Shown: positions 25,201 to 39,800 of the stretch, piece after piece
Position numbering within the stretch: the first letter of the stretch is position 1
How the letters are laid out: each line of letters opens with the position of its first letter
Assembly: GCA_013239625.1 (NCBI GenBank)
Contig: MU054166.1
Coordinates: 219,035-283,034 of the forward strand
Source: Lama guanicoe
Lineage: Eukaryota
DNA length: 64,000 nucleotides
Direction: 5' to 3'
The notes under the pieces: model-generated
What the model saw: only the letters and a program-made list of their open reading frames with translations
Told to the model about the DNA's origin: nothing
Databases searched by the model: none
Made by a program: the position numbers and the translations under genes

Positions 25201-28200
25201 CTATCATTATCTTTTGTCTCAGTGTACTTTTACATTGCAGCTTTGATTTCTTAGTTGATCCATTGGTTTTTTAATAACATATTTTTTAATCCCCATGTTT
25301 TCCTTTGTTCTCCTTTGTTTCTCTGTTTTTGATTTCTTGCTTCATGGCATTGTGGTCATTAAAGATGCTTGAGGTAATTTCTACCTTCTTAAAATTGCTG
25401 AGGTTTCTATTTTGCCCAAGTACATCATGAATCCTGGTAAATTTTCCACGTGCACTTGAAAAGAATGTGTATCCTGTTTTGGGGGTTGCAATGCTCTGAA
25501 AAATCCACCAAGTGTAATATTTCTATTGTATTATTTGATTTTTCTGTTGCCTAATTTATTTTCTGTCTTAATGATCTGTCCAGTGATGTTAATGCAGTGT
25601 TGATATCTACAAATATGACTCCCTTTTTATATCTGTTAGTAATTATTTTATGTACTTAGGTGCTCCTATATTTTGTGCATATGTATTAACGAGTGTGCTA
25701 TCCTCATATTGTATCACTCTTTCAATCATTATAAAATGTCCTTTATTTTAAAGAATATTCTGTCTGAATTCAGTAATGCAACACCTGTTTTTTGGCTTTT
25801 CCTATTGTATGGAATAACATTTTCCATCCTTTCACTCTCAATCAATATGTGTCCTTCTCTCTGGAGTGGGTCTCTTGTATGCAGTATATTGAAGATTCTT
25901 GCTTTATTATCCAGCCTGCCACTCTATGACTTTCGACTGGAGCATTTAGTCCATTAACATTTACAATAATTGATGATAGGCTTGTGTTTATTGCCAAATT
26001 GACCTTTTCTTTGCAGTTGATTTTTTATTTCCTCTTTGTTCCTTTCATCTTCCTTTTATGGTTTGTTCATTTTCCTTTGTATTATCATGAAATTTATTTT
26101 GTTTTTGTGAATCCCTGATAAGTTATTTTCTTCCTGTTACCCTTTTTATAAGTCCATTAGACCATTACTATAACTGCTTTTATTAAACGGACAGCAACAT
26201 GATCTCAAACCCATCCTACCAAGAACAAAAAATTTTAAAATGAAAGACCAAAAAAAAAATAAATTCTCTATTTTCCTGCCTCCCTTTCCCACTCTCAATG
26301 ATTTGTATGTCTTGTTTTAAAATTTTGTGTTTATTTTATTTGCAATTCACGAGTTATCACATTTCCAGCTGTGATTTTCACATTTCTGTAGCATCCTGCT
26401 GGTTTTGTTTTTAGAGAAGACCTTTCAATAATTCTTATAGCATGGGTCTAATGTTGCTAACTCTTGAAGCTTTTTCTTGTCTGTGGAATCCTTTATTTCT
26501 ACTTCTACCAAAGAGTATAGTATTGCTGGTCAAACTATCCTACAGTATATTTTTTTTAATTCAGGACTTTGAATATATCTTGTAACTCCCTCCTGGGCTG
26601 TAGTACTAGTGTAGAGAAATCAGCTGGTAGGCTTATGGGGATTCCATTGTAACACAGAATTTACTATTCTCTTGCTGTCTTTAGGATCATATATTTATCC
26701 TTTACTCTTGCCATTTTAATTGTATGTCTTGGTGTGGGTGTATTTGTGTTCTTCCTGTTTGGGACACTCTGAGCTTCCTGTACTTGGATATCTGATTCCT
26801 TCTTTAATTTTTGGAAGTTCTCAGTTGTGATTTCTACAAAAAACTTTGCAATCCCCTTTGATCATTCTTCCCATTCTGGGACTTCTATCATGCCAAAATT
26901 GGCATGCTATCATTTATCCCATAGGTCCCTTTTGCTTTTCTTGTTTGTTTCTCTTTGTTTCTCTTATAGCTCTTCTGATTGGGTCCTTCCTATTGTCCTG
27001 TCTTCTAAGTCACTAATCCATTCCTCTGCATTATCTAGTCAGCTTTGCTACACCTTTAAATCATTCCTCATCTCAGTCAACGTGTTTACCTATTTTACTC
27101 ATCTCTTCTTTATAGCTTCCATTTCATTTTTGACATATTTTGTATCTCTAAAAACTATCACTTTTATTTACTTCAGTAATTTGATCACTCCGTTTTTGAA
27201 ATCTTGATCTAGTTGGATATAAATGTCTGTTTCACTGATCATTCTTTCAGGGGATTTCTCTTGATCTTTTAATTGGGAATGGTTTCTCTGCTTCTTCAAT
27301 TTTCTACTAACTCTCTGGTGCTGTGGTTTATGGAGTATCAGTTATCTACTGTGGTCCTAAAGTAGTTTATCTACCTAATGCCTATGTAGTTATACAACTT
27401 AGAAAAGAGAAAAAAGAGAGAGAAAGAATTTTTAAGAAGGGAGAAATGAATCTTTGAAGGCATTTTATAATGAATAAAAGAAAAGGAATTTGAAGCAGAG
27501 TCTGGAAAAATAATAATAATAAAAATATTTTAAAAAATTTCAAAGGGATTAAAATGGGGGTATATATAATTCAAGAAGAAGTAAAAATTAAGAGGGTAAT
27601 ATAAAATGGAACAGGTAAAAACTGATTAATACAATGGGGTGTTCATTGTCCTCCTGGAGACTGTGAACTTTTAATGTGAATTCTTTCTTTATTAATCCTG
27701 ATTTGGAAGCCCAGCTTGTTATTCCCAGAGGCCCTCCATTGGAGCCCTCATCTGTGCTGCTCCCAGGGCATGTCAGCAATCAGATTGCTCCTACACCCAA
27801 CACTGGTTCTGATGAAGCTCTCTTTACTCGGCTGAATTTTCAATGCCCTGCCCAATGCTGCAGTCTGATGTTGGAGACTGACCAGGCAGAATTGAGCATC
27901 ATGACCTCTCCAGCACCACGGTCAGGGGCTGTATTCCTGCCCAAAATTAGAGGGGCCACCTGCCCCATCAGGTTGCCGATCACTCTGCTGCTCTGTGCCA
28001 CTATACGCTCTGCCTCGAATTTGCACACAAGAAGTGGGCTCAGGGAAGACTGAGGAACAGCCCTGTCCCTGGTCTGGGCCAAAATCCAGCTCCTTGTTTG
28101 TCTTGTCAGACAAGTTCTCTGAGGAAACAGCCAGTATGTTCCTATCTGCCTCAGGCTGTAGACAAGTCTCGGTCTTGCCCTTGAGGCTGCTATCTCCTTA

Positions 28201-28903
28201 GGTGTAGATGCAGGTTTTGTGCCCACTACCACCTCAGTGTAAAGCACTAGAGGGTATGGTGGCTCTGTCTGAGCCCCAGCTCTCTTCACCTAGAAACGTT
28301 TGTAAATTTCAGAGATGGGGAATGCACCCTTCCATCCACAGGGCACATCTGCCCAGTTGTTTTATGGAGGGCCCAGGTTGTTCTGCCCTGTGCACTCACA
28401 GCCATGACACAAAGCCAACTGCATTCCTTTGGGCTGCCACAGCGCAGCCATCCCCAACTACCACCCTGCTTGGGCATCTTGGCCCGGCCCCCAACTTCTG
28501 GGTTGCATTTTTGGCTGAGTATTACAGGGATCCTTTGTGCCTGTTTAACTTAATTATGTCAGTCAACCTATACTATGTACATGTCCAAGCCTTGGAGGCT
28601 CCCCCTCCGTCCTGCTGATCTCTCAGTTGTAGAGGGGAGACACAGTGAATGAGCAAAAGTCCTTCTTTGCTGCTCCCTCTCTGTCAGACCTGTCCCACTC
28701 TGTTTTGCCTTTTCTTCTTTCTTTCTTCCTTTTCTCCTACCAGATTATTCACATCTTTATCTATTGAAGTGGACAATGTTCTGTCAGATTTCTGCAGGTT
28801 CTCTGGTTAGCTGAGTGGGTCTGTGGATGTGATTGTTGGTGCATTTGTGGGAAAGGGTTAGCTATGAGCATCTTTCTACTCCAACATCTTTGCCTCACCC
28901 CCC
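22288..28903 (-). mobile_element. Near full-length LINE-1 (~6.6 kb), decayed
   Basis: Poly-T tail at ~22288-22310, 3'UTR, ORF2 peptides (ORFs 22869 and 24296), ORF1 at ~26400-27300, GC-rich 5'UTR at ~27650-28900. Internal ORF2 deletion at ~23790. Confidence 0.93.
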
Positions 28904-31900
28904 AAAAGTCTCACTTTATGGTGTAAGATAAACATACTCTGGAAATAAATGGAAATGATATCCCATGGAAATGGAAAGAAAGTGCAGATTGCAATGCTCT
29001 CCTCATACAAAATACTTTTTAAAATAGGGGCCAAAATGAAAAAAATATGAGATTATATAAAGAAAATGAGATGAACAAAAATAGTGTATTACACTCATTA
29101 AATTGTATATGGACCCAACACCGTAGATCCTAAGTATAAAATGAAATTTAGTAGACAGTAAAGAATCAATTCATTATAAAACAATAATAGTAGATGAGTT
29201 TAACACTTCACTATTCTGATAGCCAGATTATCCAGAAAGAATATCTGTAAGGAAATAGAGATCTTAATAGCATATTAGATCATTTGAACCTAACTGAGCT
29301 ATTGGACACTGCATCAGAAAAGCAGAACTTTTCAAGTGTGCACAGGATGTTAGATAAGGAATAAATGACAGACTATGTCATGAAATGAGCCTCAGGAACT
29401 TTAAGAAAATATAGATTACAGCAAGTATTTTTCCATACACAAAAGTAAGAAACTGTGCATCAACTTTAGAAAGAAGTATAGGAAAAGCACAAACATGAGA
29501 TCAAACCACATCCACAATAAATAAAATAAAACCCGTTCAATGATGAAATCAAAGAGGTAATAAAATCATACTTGGAGACATATTACAAAGAATACACAGC
29601 TTCATAAAACGTATGTGATGCAGCAAAGACAAATCTAAGAGGGAAGTTTACAACATATCAGGACTTCTACAAGGAACAAGAAAAACCTCATAGAAAGGAC
29701 CAAACATAACACCCAAAATAACAATAAGAACAAACAAAACCCAAAGGCAGTTGAATGAGAAATCTTTAATGATTATGTTGAAAATATATAAAATAATATT
29801 GAAAAATAAATTACAAATCATAAAATCAAAAGCTTTAATTTTTATTGAAAATATTAACAAACAGGTAAGCATTTAGCCAGGCTTATCAAGAAATACAGAG
29901 AGTGGACTGAAACAAAATAAGAAATAAAATAGTAGAAATAATATCTGATATTACACAAATACAGAAAAAGTTTATGAAAGCACTATGAGCTGTTACGTGA
30001 CAACAAACAGGATGACCTAAAGGAAATGGACAAATTTCTAGAAATGTACAGCCCATCAACACTGAATAAAGAGAAAACTGAGAACATGAAAAGTGCAATC
30101 AGTATATGTTCAATAAAATGTATAATTTTAGAAACACCCCTTGAACAAAATGCCTGGATACCTTCAGTAAAACATCTTTCCCACCAACTATTTTAAAAAA
30201 TGAAGTTGGAAGGGAAATTCCTAATGTTATTCTATGAGGCCAACATTACCCTGATAACAAAATCAGTCAAAGACACTACCAAAAAAAAAAGAAAATGAAA
30301 ATCCAAAATCCTTAATGAATGAGGATATACATTCAAAAATCCTCGAAAAACATCAACAAATGAATCCAGGAATACTTAGAAAGGATTATACGTGATGATC
30401 AATTGGATTCCTTCCAGAGTCACAAGGATGGTTCAAAATACACAAGTCAAGCAGCATGACACATATCTTATAAAGGAAGGACAAAATTCACAAAACTATG
30501 TCAATACAAAAAATATAAGCATTTGACAAACTTCAACATACATTCATCATCAGAATTCTCATGAAAGTGAGTACAATGGGAACATCTCTCAACATACTAA
30601 AGGCTATTTATAACAATTTATAATACTCAGGGGAAAGGTTGAAAGCATTCTGTGTAAATTTGTGAACAAGACAATGATTCCTACTCTCACAATTTCTGTT
30701 CAATACTAAAAGAAGAAAGGAAAAGGAAAAGAAAAAGAAGAAAAAGAAACACAAAATGGAAAGAAAGAGGCAAAATTCTCACCATTACTGTAGGCATAAA
30801 AATATACATACAGAGTCCTAAGGTCTCCAAACTGACTATTATGAACAACAAATAATTTCATCAAGGGAGCAGGGTACAAGATTAATGTAAAGAAGTCTCT
30901 TGAATTTCTACACATTAATAATGAGATACCATAAAATGGATGCTGAAATCAATAAAATTTAAAACCACTTTCCCCCGAATATCTTGGAATAAATGTAACC
31001 ACATATATGAAAGATCTACACACTGAAAATTAAAAAAACATTTACAAAGAAATTAAAAATGATTCAAAGAAATGGAAAGATGCCTTGTGCTCTTGGATTG
31101 AAAGGGTTAATATTGTTAACATGGCCGTTCTACACAAAGAAACCTACAGATTTAGTGCAATTCCTGTTACGAAGCTGTAGTATTTTTCACAGAACCAGAA
31201 AATAAATAACTCTAATTTTTACATGAAACCATTAAAAATTGCCAAAATGATCTTGAGAAAAAACAACAAATCTGCAGGTATAACCCTCCCAGATACCTTA
31301 CTATACTATAAACCTACAGTAATAAAAAGAGTATGGCATTGGCACAGAGATATAATCAATAAAAACAGATAGTGAGCCTAGAAATATTTCCACACACCTA
31401 TGAACAATGAATCTATGATAAAGAAGTAAGAGTACACAATGGATAAAAGACAGTCACGTCAATGGATGGTGTTGGGAAAGCTGGACATCTACATATAAAA
31501 CAGTGAAATGAGAGCATTCCCTGACATCATATACAAAAATAAACTCCAAGTTTATTAAGGAGCTAAATGTAAGACCTGATACTATAAAACTGCTAGAAGG
31601 GAATATAGGTGATACACTATTGGATATATATCATAGGAATATTTTCTTATATCAGTCTCCTAAGGCAAAAGAACAAAAGCAAAAATAAGCAAGTGGGACC
31701 TAAACAAACTTGAAAATTTCTGCACAGCTAAGGACACTCTCAATGAAATGAAAATACTGCCTGTGTAATTGGAGAACATATTTGAAAACAATGCAAGTGA
31801 CCATGGGTTAATAGATGTAGGTTAATAAATGTAACATGGATTTAGGTTTCACAACTCAATGTGAAAAACAAAAACCCAATCAAAAACAAGAGCAGAATAC

Positions 31901-32970
31901 CTGAGTTTGTTTTTCTCCAATGAAAACTTACAGATGAGTAACAGGCAAGTAATAAATTTGCACAACATTACTAATTATTACATAATTGCTAATCAAAACC
32001 ACAATGAGGTATCACTTCACTCTGGTCAAATGGCTATTATCAAAAAGTCTACAAATATTAAGTGTTGGAGAAGATGTGGAGGTATGAAATCTCTTGTATA
32101 CTCTAAGTAGTAATGTAAACTGGTAAAACTTCTTTGGAAAACAGTATTCAGATTTGTTTAAAACCTAAAAAGTTAACAACAATATCACCAAGTAATACCT
32201 CTCCTAGGAAAAATCTGGGGAAAACACCCTAAATTGAGAAGAACCAATGTTCACAACAGCACTGTTTATAATATGCAGACAGAAAAGCAATCCAAGGGTC
32301 CACAGTAGACTATGGACTTAAGAAGATATGATGTTTCTATAAATATGCAATGGAATAATACTCAGCCATGAAAATGTATAGCACATTGTTTTTCAGCATC
32401 CTGAATGGACCTAGTAAATAATGTGCTTAATAAAGTAACTTAGACAAAGACAAAAGTATATAATATAATTTATATGTGGAATTTAAAAAGTAACAAATAT
32501 CTGTGTACATCTATCTATAGCTATCTAATGATAGATGACACATAAATAGATAGAAGGATAATGCATGATAGATAGATAGAGAGATGGAGAGATAGATAGA
32601 TGGTTAGATATATAGATAGATATATAGATAGATAGAAAGATAGAGACATGTTGTAGAGGTAAAGAGATTAGATAGACAAGACTTAAGCAGACTCAAAGAT
32701 ATGGGAAAAAATTTTTGTTTACCAAAGTGGAAGGGGAAGAGATTTTAACGGAAGAATATTGACAGATAGAAAGTAGTATATATAAAGGAGAGAAGCAACA
32801 TTGATAATCTGTATAGATCATGGAATTATACACAATATCTTAAAATAATTGTTACAATTATTGTAATAATTCATAATGCATATAATCTACAAAGTGATTA
32901 GAATAACTATGCTGTACCTCTGAAACTACACAATATACTACATGTACTGTACTTCAATTATAAATAAAAC
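28904..32970 (+). mobile_element. 5'-truncated LINE-1 (ORF2 from the EN domain to the 3' end)
   Basis: Decayed ORF2 text and a 3'UTR ending actgtacttcaattataaataaaa. Confidence 0.88.
32511..32678. repeat. Degenerate (GATA)n tetranucleotide repeat inside an L1 3'UTR
   Basis: gatagatagatagagagatggagagatagatagat... Confidence 0.85.
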
Positions 32971-32989
32971 ATCTCATGTATAATTTAGT

Positions 32990-35035
32990 CCTTTTTCCGC
33001 TGATAGAAGCTTCCTTTAATATTGTTTTAATTTACTCTTTACCTTTAATGATTACATTTCTAATTATTTCTTTTACTCTTGTGAATATGTTACCAGTTTA
33101 ATTATCTATATTTATTGCCCCTGATTCCCTATTTTTCTCTCTTTAATCCATTTGGTATAGTAGCAAAAAAAACAAACATACCCAGAAGAACAGACGAAAA
33201 TTTCTCGTGGTCTCTCCTTAGCATTTTGGTCAATGTTTTGCCCATTTTTGCCAATTTATATCTCTTAGAAGACTTCTTTTCTGCACTTCTTATAAGGTGT
33301 CTCGGTTTTGTTTTTTTCATCACATTCAGGTTCTTTGTCTGGCAAAGTCTTTATTTTCACTTTATATCTAAGTGATAACGGTCTAAGTATTATTGGGTGA
33401 GTGACTTCTTAATTCAATAGTTTGAAATGTAATTTTATTTACCTGTGGCCTATGTTTTCTGCTCAGAAATCTGCTGATAGCCTAATGGGGGATCCTTTGT
33501 AGATTATCAGAACTATTTTTGGCTACCTTTAAAATATTACTCTGTCATTGACTTGCCAATTTTCATGTGACTTATCCTAAAGGAGATCCCTTTTTCGTAT
33601 AGTTATTGGTATTTTGTTGGCTCATGGTATTGTATATCAGTTCCTTTCACAGGTTCGGGGAGTTATAAACTATTATTTCTTTAAATAAACCATCAGCTGC
33701 CTTCTAACTTTCTACTCCCTCCAGGATTCCACTCTAATGTGCACTTCCTGAAGAAGTCTGATGGCTACTGTAGAATTTCCTCACTTTTTAATATCTTGAA
33801 TATCTGCCCTCTCCTATCATTTCTAGTTTTGTATTGGTGAGTTTGCTAATCTCTCTTACAGAAAGACACTCTACTTCCAATGCTTTCTGTTGCATTCTTC
33901 ATCTCATTTATTAAGGTCCTTTATTAAGGACCCTCCTGGTCCTCCAATAATGTTTGGAAATTTTATAGTTTCAGTCTCTTTGGTAATGTATTCCTTATCA
34001 TCATTTCATTTATTCCTGAGCTCACTAAACTGCTTTCTTATTTTTGTTTTTTGTATTGAGATTGTGTATGACACATATTTGGATTCTCTATTAGTTATGT
34101 GGCAATACACCATGACTTTAAGTTTGTTTGCTGCAGGGTTGACATTGTGTGTGTGTGTGTGTGCATGCAGGTGTGCGTGCATGTGTGTCTGTGACTGTGT
34201 CGGTGTCTGTGTGTGTGTATGTGTATGTGTGCGTGCCCTATAATGTTACTGTGATTGTTCATGTTCTTGATAAATTATTTCTCTGATGACACTTAATAAA
34301 AAATTGGGAATTGGAGTCCTTGCTTTTGTTTTCTGGTAATTTGCAATATTGTACAATTTTTTATTTTACTTACCTGAGCTACCTCTGATAATATTTCAAA
34401 CTGGCACTTTGCAATCGCTACTGTCTGGATAAAAGATGTGCTTTCATTGTCACTTCTTAGACTTCTCTGGTAGTTAAAGCCACTGTTGTCACTGGGACGG
34501 TGAACCCTTCCTTTTATCTGATATCCCTTGAGACTCAGTGTACAAATTGAGGAAAAGTGTAAAGACTGGTGGGTATTTGGAATCAGGCAAGTGCCTTTGC
34601 CATGTCCAGTGTTGCAAGGTACCTTGTCTCCACCACTGTGAGTGGGGAGTAAAGACATTTTCATGAATGTGTGAGTGTCTGAAGGATGGAATTTCTGTCT
34701 CCTTTGTGGCTCCCTCCTAGTTACATGTGACCATGAGTACTGGTGCAGTTGGAGGCCGATGAGGTGTGATCCAATGAGACCCTGTTTCTACTGGGTTGTC
34801 TGAACTTGAGGACTCATATATCCTAGTCAGGGGGCCTTGGTTTCACACACCAAATCTGCTCTTCTCTCAGTTCAGTTTCTTTTGTGTGTTTTAGTCCACC
34901 AAACTTTACCTGTTCACATATGTTCTGGATTATTGTTTTGTGTTGTATTTTTTTTTTTTTGAGATGTGAACGTTTTATTGACTGTAGATCAAATGGGAGA
35001 GACAGAAATTGTTTAAACTTATGTCACTTTTAAAA
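32990..35035 (-). mobile_element. Old LINE-1 ORF1 and 5'UTR fragment
   Basis: Antisense ORF1 text (tttctgctcagaaatctgctgatagcctaatgggggatcctttgtag). Boundaries approximate. Confidence 0.65.
34146..34236. repeat. Imperfect (TG)n microsatellite
   Basis: Paralog of 177-257. Confidence 0.9.
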
Positions 35036-35249
35036 GTATATACTTTTTCAGTTAAAAGCTTAAATTCTCCTAAGGACATTATGAAAAGAGTAAAGAAAGT
35101 GAATAAATCACCTCCCTTTATGTCAGAGTACTACAAAATATTTTGATTTTCCTGTTTTTTTTAAAGTTTTTCCCACCTATATGCACGTTTTACTATAATA
35201 TATCCCTGTAATCTCTTTAAAATCAATTAAATTATTAAAATAATTATCA

Positions 35250-36835
35250 CTGCTGTAAATATAGCCCTGTTGGTTCTATAATTTATTACTAGTAGCTTGC
35301 ACATTTCTGTCTTCTCCATCCTTCTTCCCTGTCCCCACAGGAAACCAAAACTTGGTACACTACACATATATATGTGATTCTGTTCCTGTTTTTTAATGAT
35401 TATTTCTCTTATATCATTATTTTCCTCATTTAAGTGACAACATAGAATGTTTTTCTCCTTATGACTTATTTTCCTTTGTACAACACTCTCTGGGTCCAGT
35501 CACATTGTTCCAAGTGGCAGAATTTTATTTTTTAATATGACAATGACTAAGTATTTATTATGTTATCTATATCTCACATCTACTTCAGCCAATCATCTGT
35601 TGATGGGCAGTTGAGTTGTGCTTCTTTCCTTGGCTACTATAAATGATGATGTTAAGGACATTGGGGGTAATATATCCTTTAATTTAATGTTTTCATTTTT
35701 TTCAGATTTATACCAAAAACTGGAATTGCTGCAACAGATAATGCTTCTATTCCTAGTTTCCTGGGCACTGTCCCCACTTTTATAATAGTGGATGCATCAA
35801 TTTATATTTCCACCAACAGTGTACCTGGGTTCCCTCTTCCCAAATTTCTTATTAGTATTTGTCATTTGTAGAATTTTTTTAATAGCCATTTTGGTTGCTG
35901 TGAGATTATATTTAATTCTGGGTTTGATTTATGTTTTCCTAATGGATAGCAACGTTATGTTTCTTTGTATGTGAAGAAAATAATCCACATGTCTGATTTT
36001 GAAAAGTTTCCATTAAGATCTTTCAACTGTTTTTAATTTGGGGTCTTTAATTTTTAAATATTGAGACTAATATGATATATATATCATATTATATATATAT
36101 ATTATGGATATTAACATTTTGTTGGTTTCATTGTCTGAAATTTTTCCTTATATTCTATCTGTTATCATATCTCTTGTTGAAGTTTTCCTTTGCTCTGCAA
36201 AAGATTTTGCACTTCACACTTATATAAGAAGCAGAGTCCATGTATCGCATAGTATATCTACTTTTTCCTCAGTAAACTAAAAACTGTAATTGTTACTTTT
36301 CCTTTTTTTTTAATTTGGGGACAGATCAAAAATAAACATTGCTATGATTTATCTCAAATTCATTTATGCTCCTGTTCTTTGTCAGTAAATATACATTTTC
36401 GGGTTTTACATTTAGGAAATCAATCCATTTTTATCTTATGTTGCATACTATGGAAGGAAGTGCTCTTACATCTTCCTTTTACGTGTACTGTCCAGTTTTC
36501 TCAAAACTACTTGTTCAAGAGACTGCCTTTTTTCAGTTGTATACTCTTGCATCCTTCATTGTAGACTAATTGACCATATGTGTGTGGGTTTATTTTAGTA
36601 CTCTTTATTTTGTTCCATTTATCTATGTGTTTCTTGAAGTGCCATATATTGATGCACTTATTACTGTAGCTTTGTTGCATGTTACATATTCAGGGAGTAT
36701 AATACCCACAGCTTTGCTCATTTTTAAAAATAATTTTGGAAAATTTTTGTCTTCAAGGTTTTTGCATAAATTTTATTATTTTTCTCCTTGTTGTGAGAAG
36801 AAACTTATGGATTTTGTGAGAATAGAAATTTACTA
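35250..36835 (-). mobile_element. LINE-1 3' fragment
   Basis: Paralog of 1270-2900. Confidence 0.85.
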
Positions 36836-39800
36836 AAAGAAAAAACCTGAGAAAAATTCTAAAGTGTGGAGGATAAATCATACATTATTAACAACAACTG
36901 GATTGCTGTATAAATCAAAGAAAAAATATATAAAGAAAAATGACAACAAAAACAAAATCTATGGGGTATAACAAANNNNNNNNNNNNNNNNNNNNNNNNN
37001 NNNNNNNNNNNNNNNNNNNNNNNNNNNNNNNNNNNNNNNNNNNNNNNNNNNNNNNNNNNNNNNNNNNNNNNNNNNNNNNNNNNNNNNNNNNNNNNNNNNN
37101 NNNNNNNNNNNNNNNNNNNNNNNNNNNNNNNNNNNNNNNNNNNNNNNNNNNNNNNNNNNNNNNNNNNNNNNNNNNNNNNNNNNNNNNNNNNNNNNNNNNN
37201 NNNNNNNNNNNNNNNNNNNNNNAAATAATGTTACTTTAGCCAGACACATGAAAAAGAGAGGAGAGCTTCTTCATTAACTCTGAAATAAATGAGAAATTAC
37301 AGCTTATATCAAAGAAATACAAAGCATCATATGAAGATACAATACATTATATGCTAATAAAATGGAAACCCTCGAAGAAATGGACAATATCTAAGAAAGA
37401 ACTAATCTCCAGGATGGAATGAGAAGTAGAAAATATTAACAGATTAACACTAATGAAATTGAATAAGTAATTAAACAAAATCTTCCAAGAATCAAAATTC
37501 CAGGCCTAGAGAGCGTCACAGGTGATTTCTGCCAAACATTTAGAGAAGAGCTATCACCTATACTTCTCAGCATATTCCAAAAATTTTGAAAGGAGGCTTT
37601 CTTCCTCACATTTCTGTATCACACTACTACTAAAACAGGAACAAATACCTCAAAAAATTACAGGTTACATACTAGCGATTAGCATAGATTCAAAATTCAT
37701 CACTAAATTGTTAGCATTTCAAACAATACATTAAGAGATTTATACATTATGATTCAGTCCATTTTATTCCAGGGATACAAAAGTGATTCAATACCCACAA
37801 ATTAATCAGTATGATACACCACACTAACAACCTGAAGAATAAAATTAATATGGTCACCTCAATAGAGTCATAAAATGTTTTGACAAATTCAGTATCTATT
37901 TATGAATATAACTCCTCAAATATGAGGAAACATACCTCAAAACAGTTAAAGTCTTATATGACAAGAACTCAGCTAACATGACACTCACTGATTAAAAGCT
38001 TAAAGCATCTCCAATAAGAGCAGGAAGAAGACAAGAGTGCTCACTCTTACCACTTATATTCATTATAGTAGTGGAAATTCTAGCCATAGCTATTCAAAAT
38101 AAATGTAAGTAAAATATAGCTAATTAAGAAAAGGAGTAAAAGTATCTTTTTGCAGATGACATAATTTAAACAGAAATCCTAAAAATGGTGCCACAGAACT
38201 ACTAGGGCTTATCAATGCATTTGGTAAAATTTCTGAATGTAAAATTAACATACAGAAGTGTTGCATTTCTACACACTAACAAGAAGCTAACTGATACAGA
38301 AAGTGAGGGAACTGTCTCATTTACAGTTGCATTACAGAAAAAAAAATCAAGAAATATATGCAACCAAGGAGATAAAAGTCCTGTACTCAGAAAACTATAA
38401 AATATTTATAAAAGAAATTGAAGATAATGCAAACAGATGAAAGGATATACTGTGTTCGTAGATGAGGAAAAATATATTGTTTAAAAAACAGCATAAGCCA
38501 AGAAAATGCACAAATTAAATTCAGTGCCTATCAAAATACCAATGGCATTTTCAGACACTTAAAATAAATAATTCTAAAATTTACATGTAAGCACAAAAGA
38601 ATTGAAATCACTAAGAAAAAAAGAAAACAAAACAAACAAATTAAAAACACAAACAACTTTGACAAAGAGCAAAGACAATGTATCACTGTCCCTCATTTGA
38701 AAATATAATACAAATCCACAGTAATAAAAATAATATGGTAGCAGCACAAAACAAAAAGAATAATGGAACACAAAGAATGCCTAGAAATGAAATCAGACAG
38801 TTATGGTCATTTAGCCCATTACAAAAAATGAATATACAGTTTTTGAAAGATAACCAACAGGCACATGATACTGATCAACATCATGAACCATCAGAAAAAT
38901 GCAAGTCTAAAGCACAATGAGATTTTATGTCACACTCATCAGAATGACTATTATCAAAAAGATAACAAAAATAAGTGTTGGTGAGGATGTTGGGAAAACA
39001 ACCCTGATGCACTGCTGGAGTGAATGGAAATATGTGCTGCCACTGTAGAAAACAACATGGAGATTTATCTAAAAATAAAAAATGAAATATAATTCTACAT
39101 ATCCATATCTGGATACTAATTCCAAGAAAATTAAAACAGTAATTAGAAAAGATATATTCAAACCTATATTCATTGTAGCATTATTCACAATAGACAACAT
39201 ATACAAGCAAATTAATTGCTCATAAATAGATGATGGAAAAAAGATGTGTGTTTATAATATATATATATACCCATCTTAACTACAGATTTATCTATATTTA
39301 CATAAATATATACACACACAGAAACTAAATATATATGCAGTATTTATATGTATATATATGTACACACACAGATAAATATACAATGGGTTATTATTCAGTT
39401 CTAAATTGAATAAGTTTTTGTCATTTGCAACAAATGGTTAGACCAAGAGGGTAATATGCGCAAGTGAAATAACTCAGAAGGAGAATGATAAGTGCTGAAT
39501 GATTTTACTCATATGTGGAATTTTAAACAAATGAACATAACAACACAGAAAAGGAGTTAAACATAAAGAAAGAAACAGGTTGTTCACAAGAAGGAGGGAA
39601 ATGGGGTGAGGAAAAGAAAAATTTGAGGAAAATTAAGAGAGAAAATTTTCCAGTTGCAAATTAAATGAATCAGTGACAAGAAGTGTAATGTATTTGGAAT
39701 ACTCAACAACTGAAATATCTTTACGTAGCAACATATCATAACTAGATATATTCTGGTGAAAAGTATGAAATGTATTAAAAATAGCAAACAGTATGTTGTG

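Larger units (their letters stand above)
1..33968. repeat. ~34-kb tandem amplicon, unit A (boundary set by the window edge, so arbitrary)
   Basis: Position 1 (tttcagtctctttggtaatg) recurs at 33969. All features recur colinearly at an offset of ~34.0-34.3 kb (HSFY stop 9280/43587, ATG 10959/45273). Confidence 0.97.

Noticed and set aside
27676..28618. Cluster of long overlapping ORFs in GC-rich DNA (also 61703-62587)
   Set aside because: This is the L1 5'UTR. The ORFs arise from GC content and are not conserved between units, and it is not a CpG-island gene.
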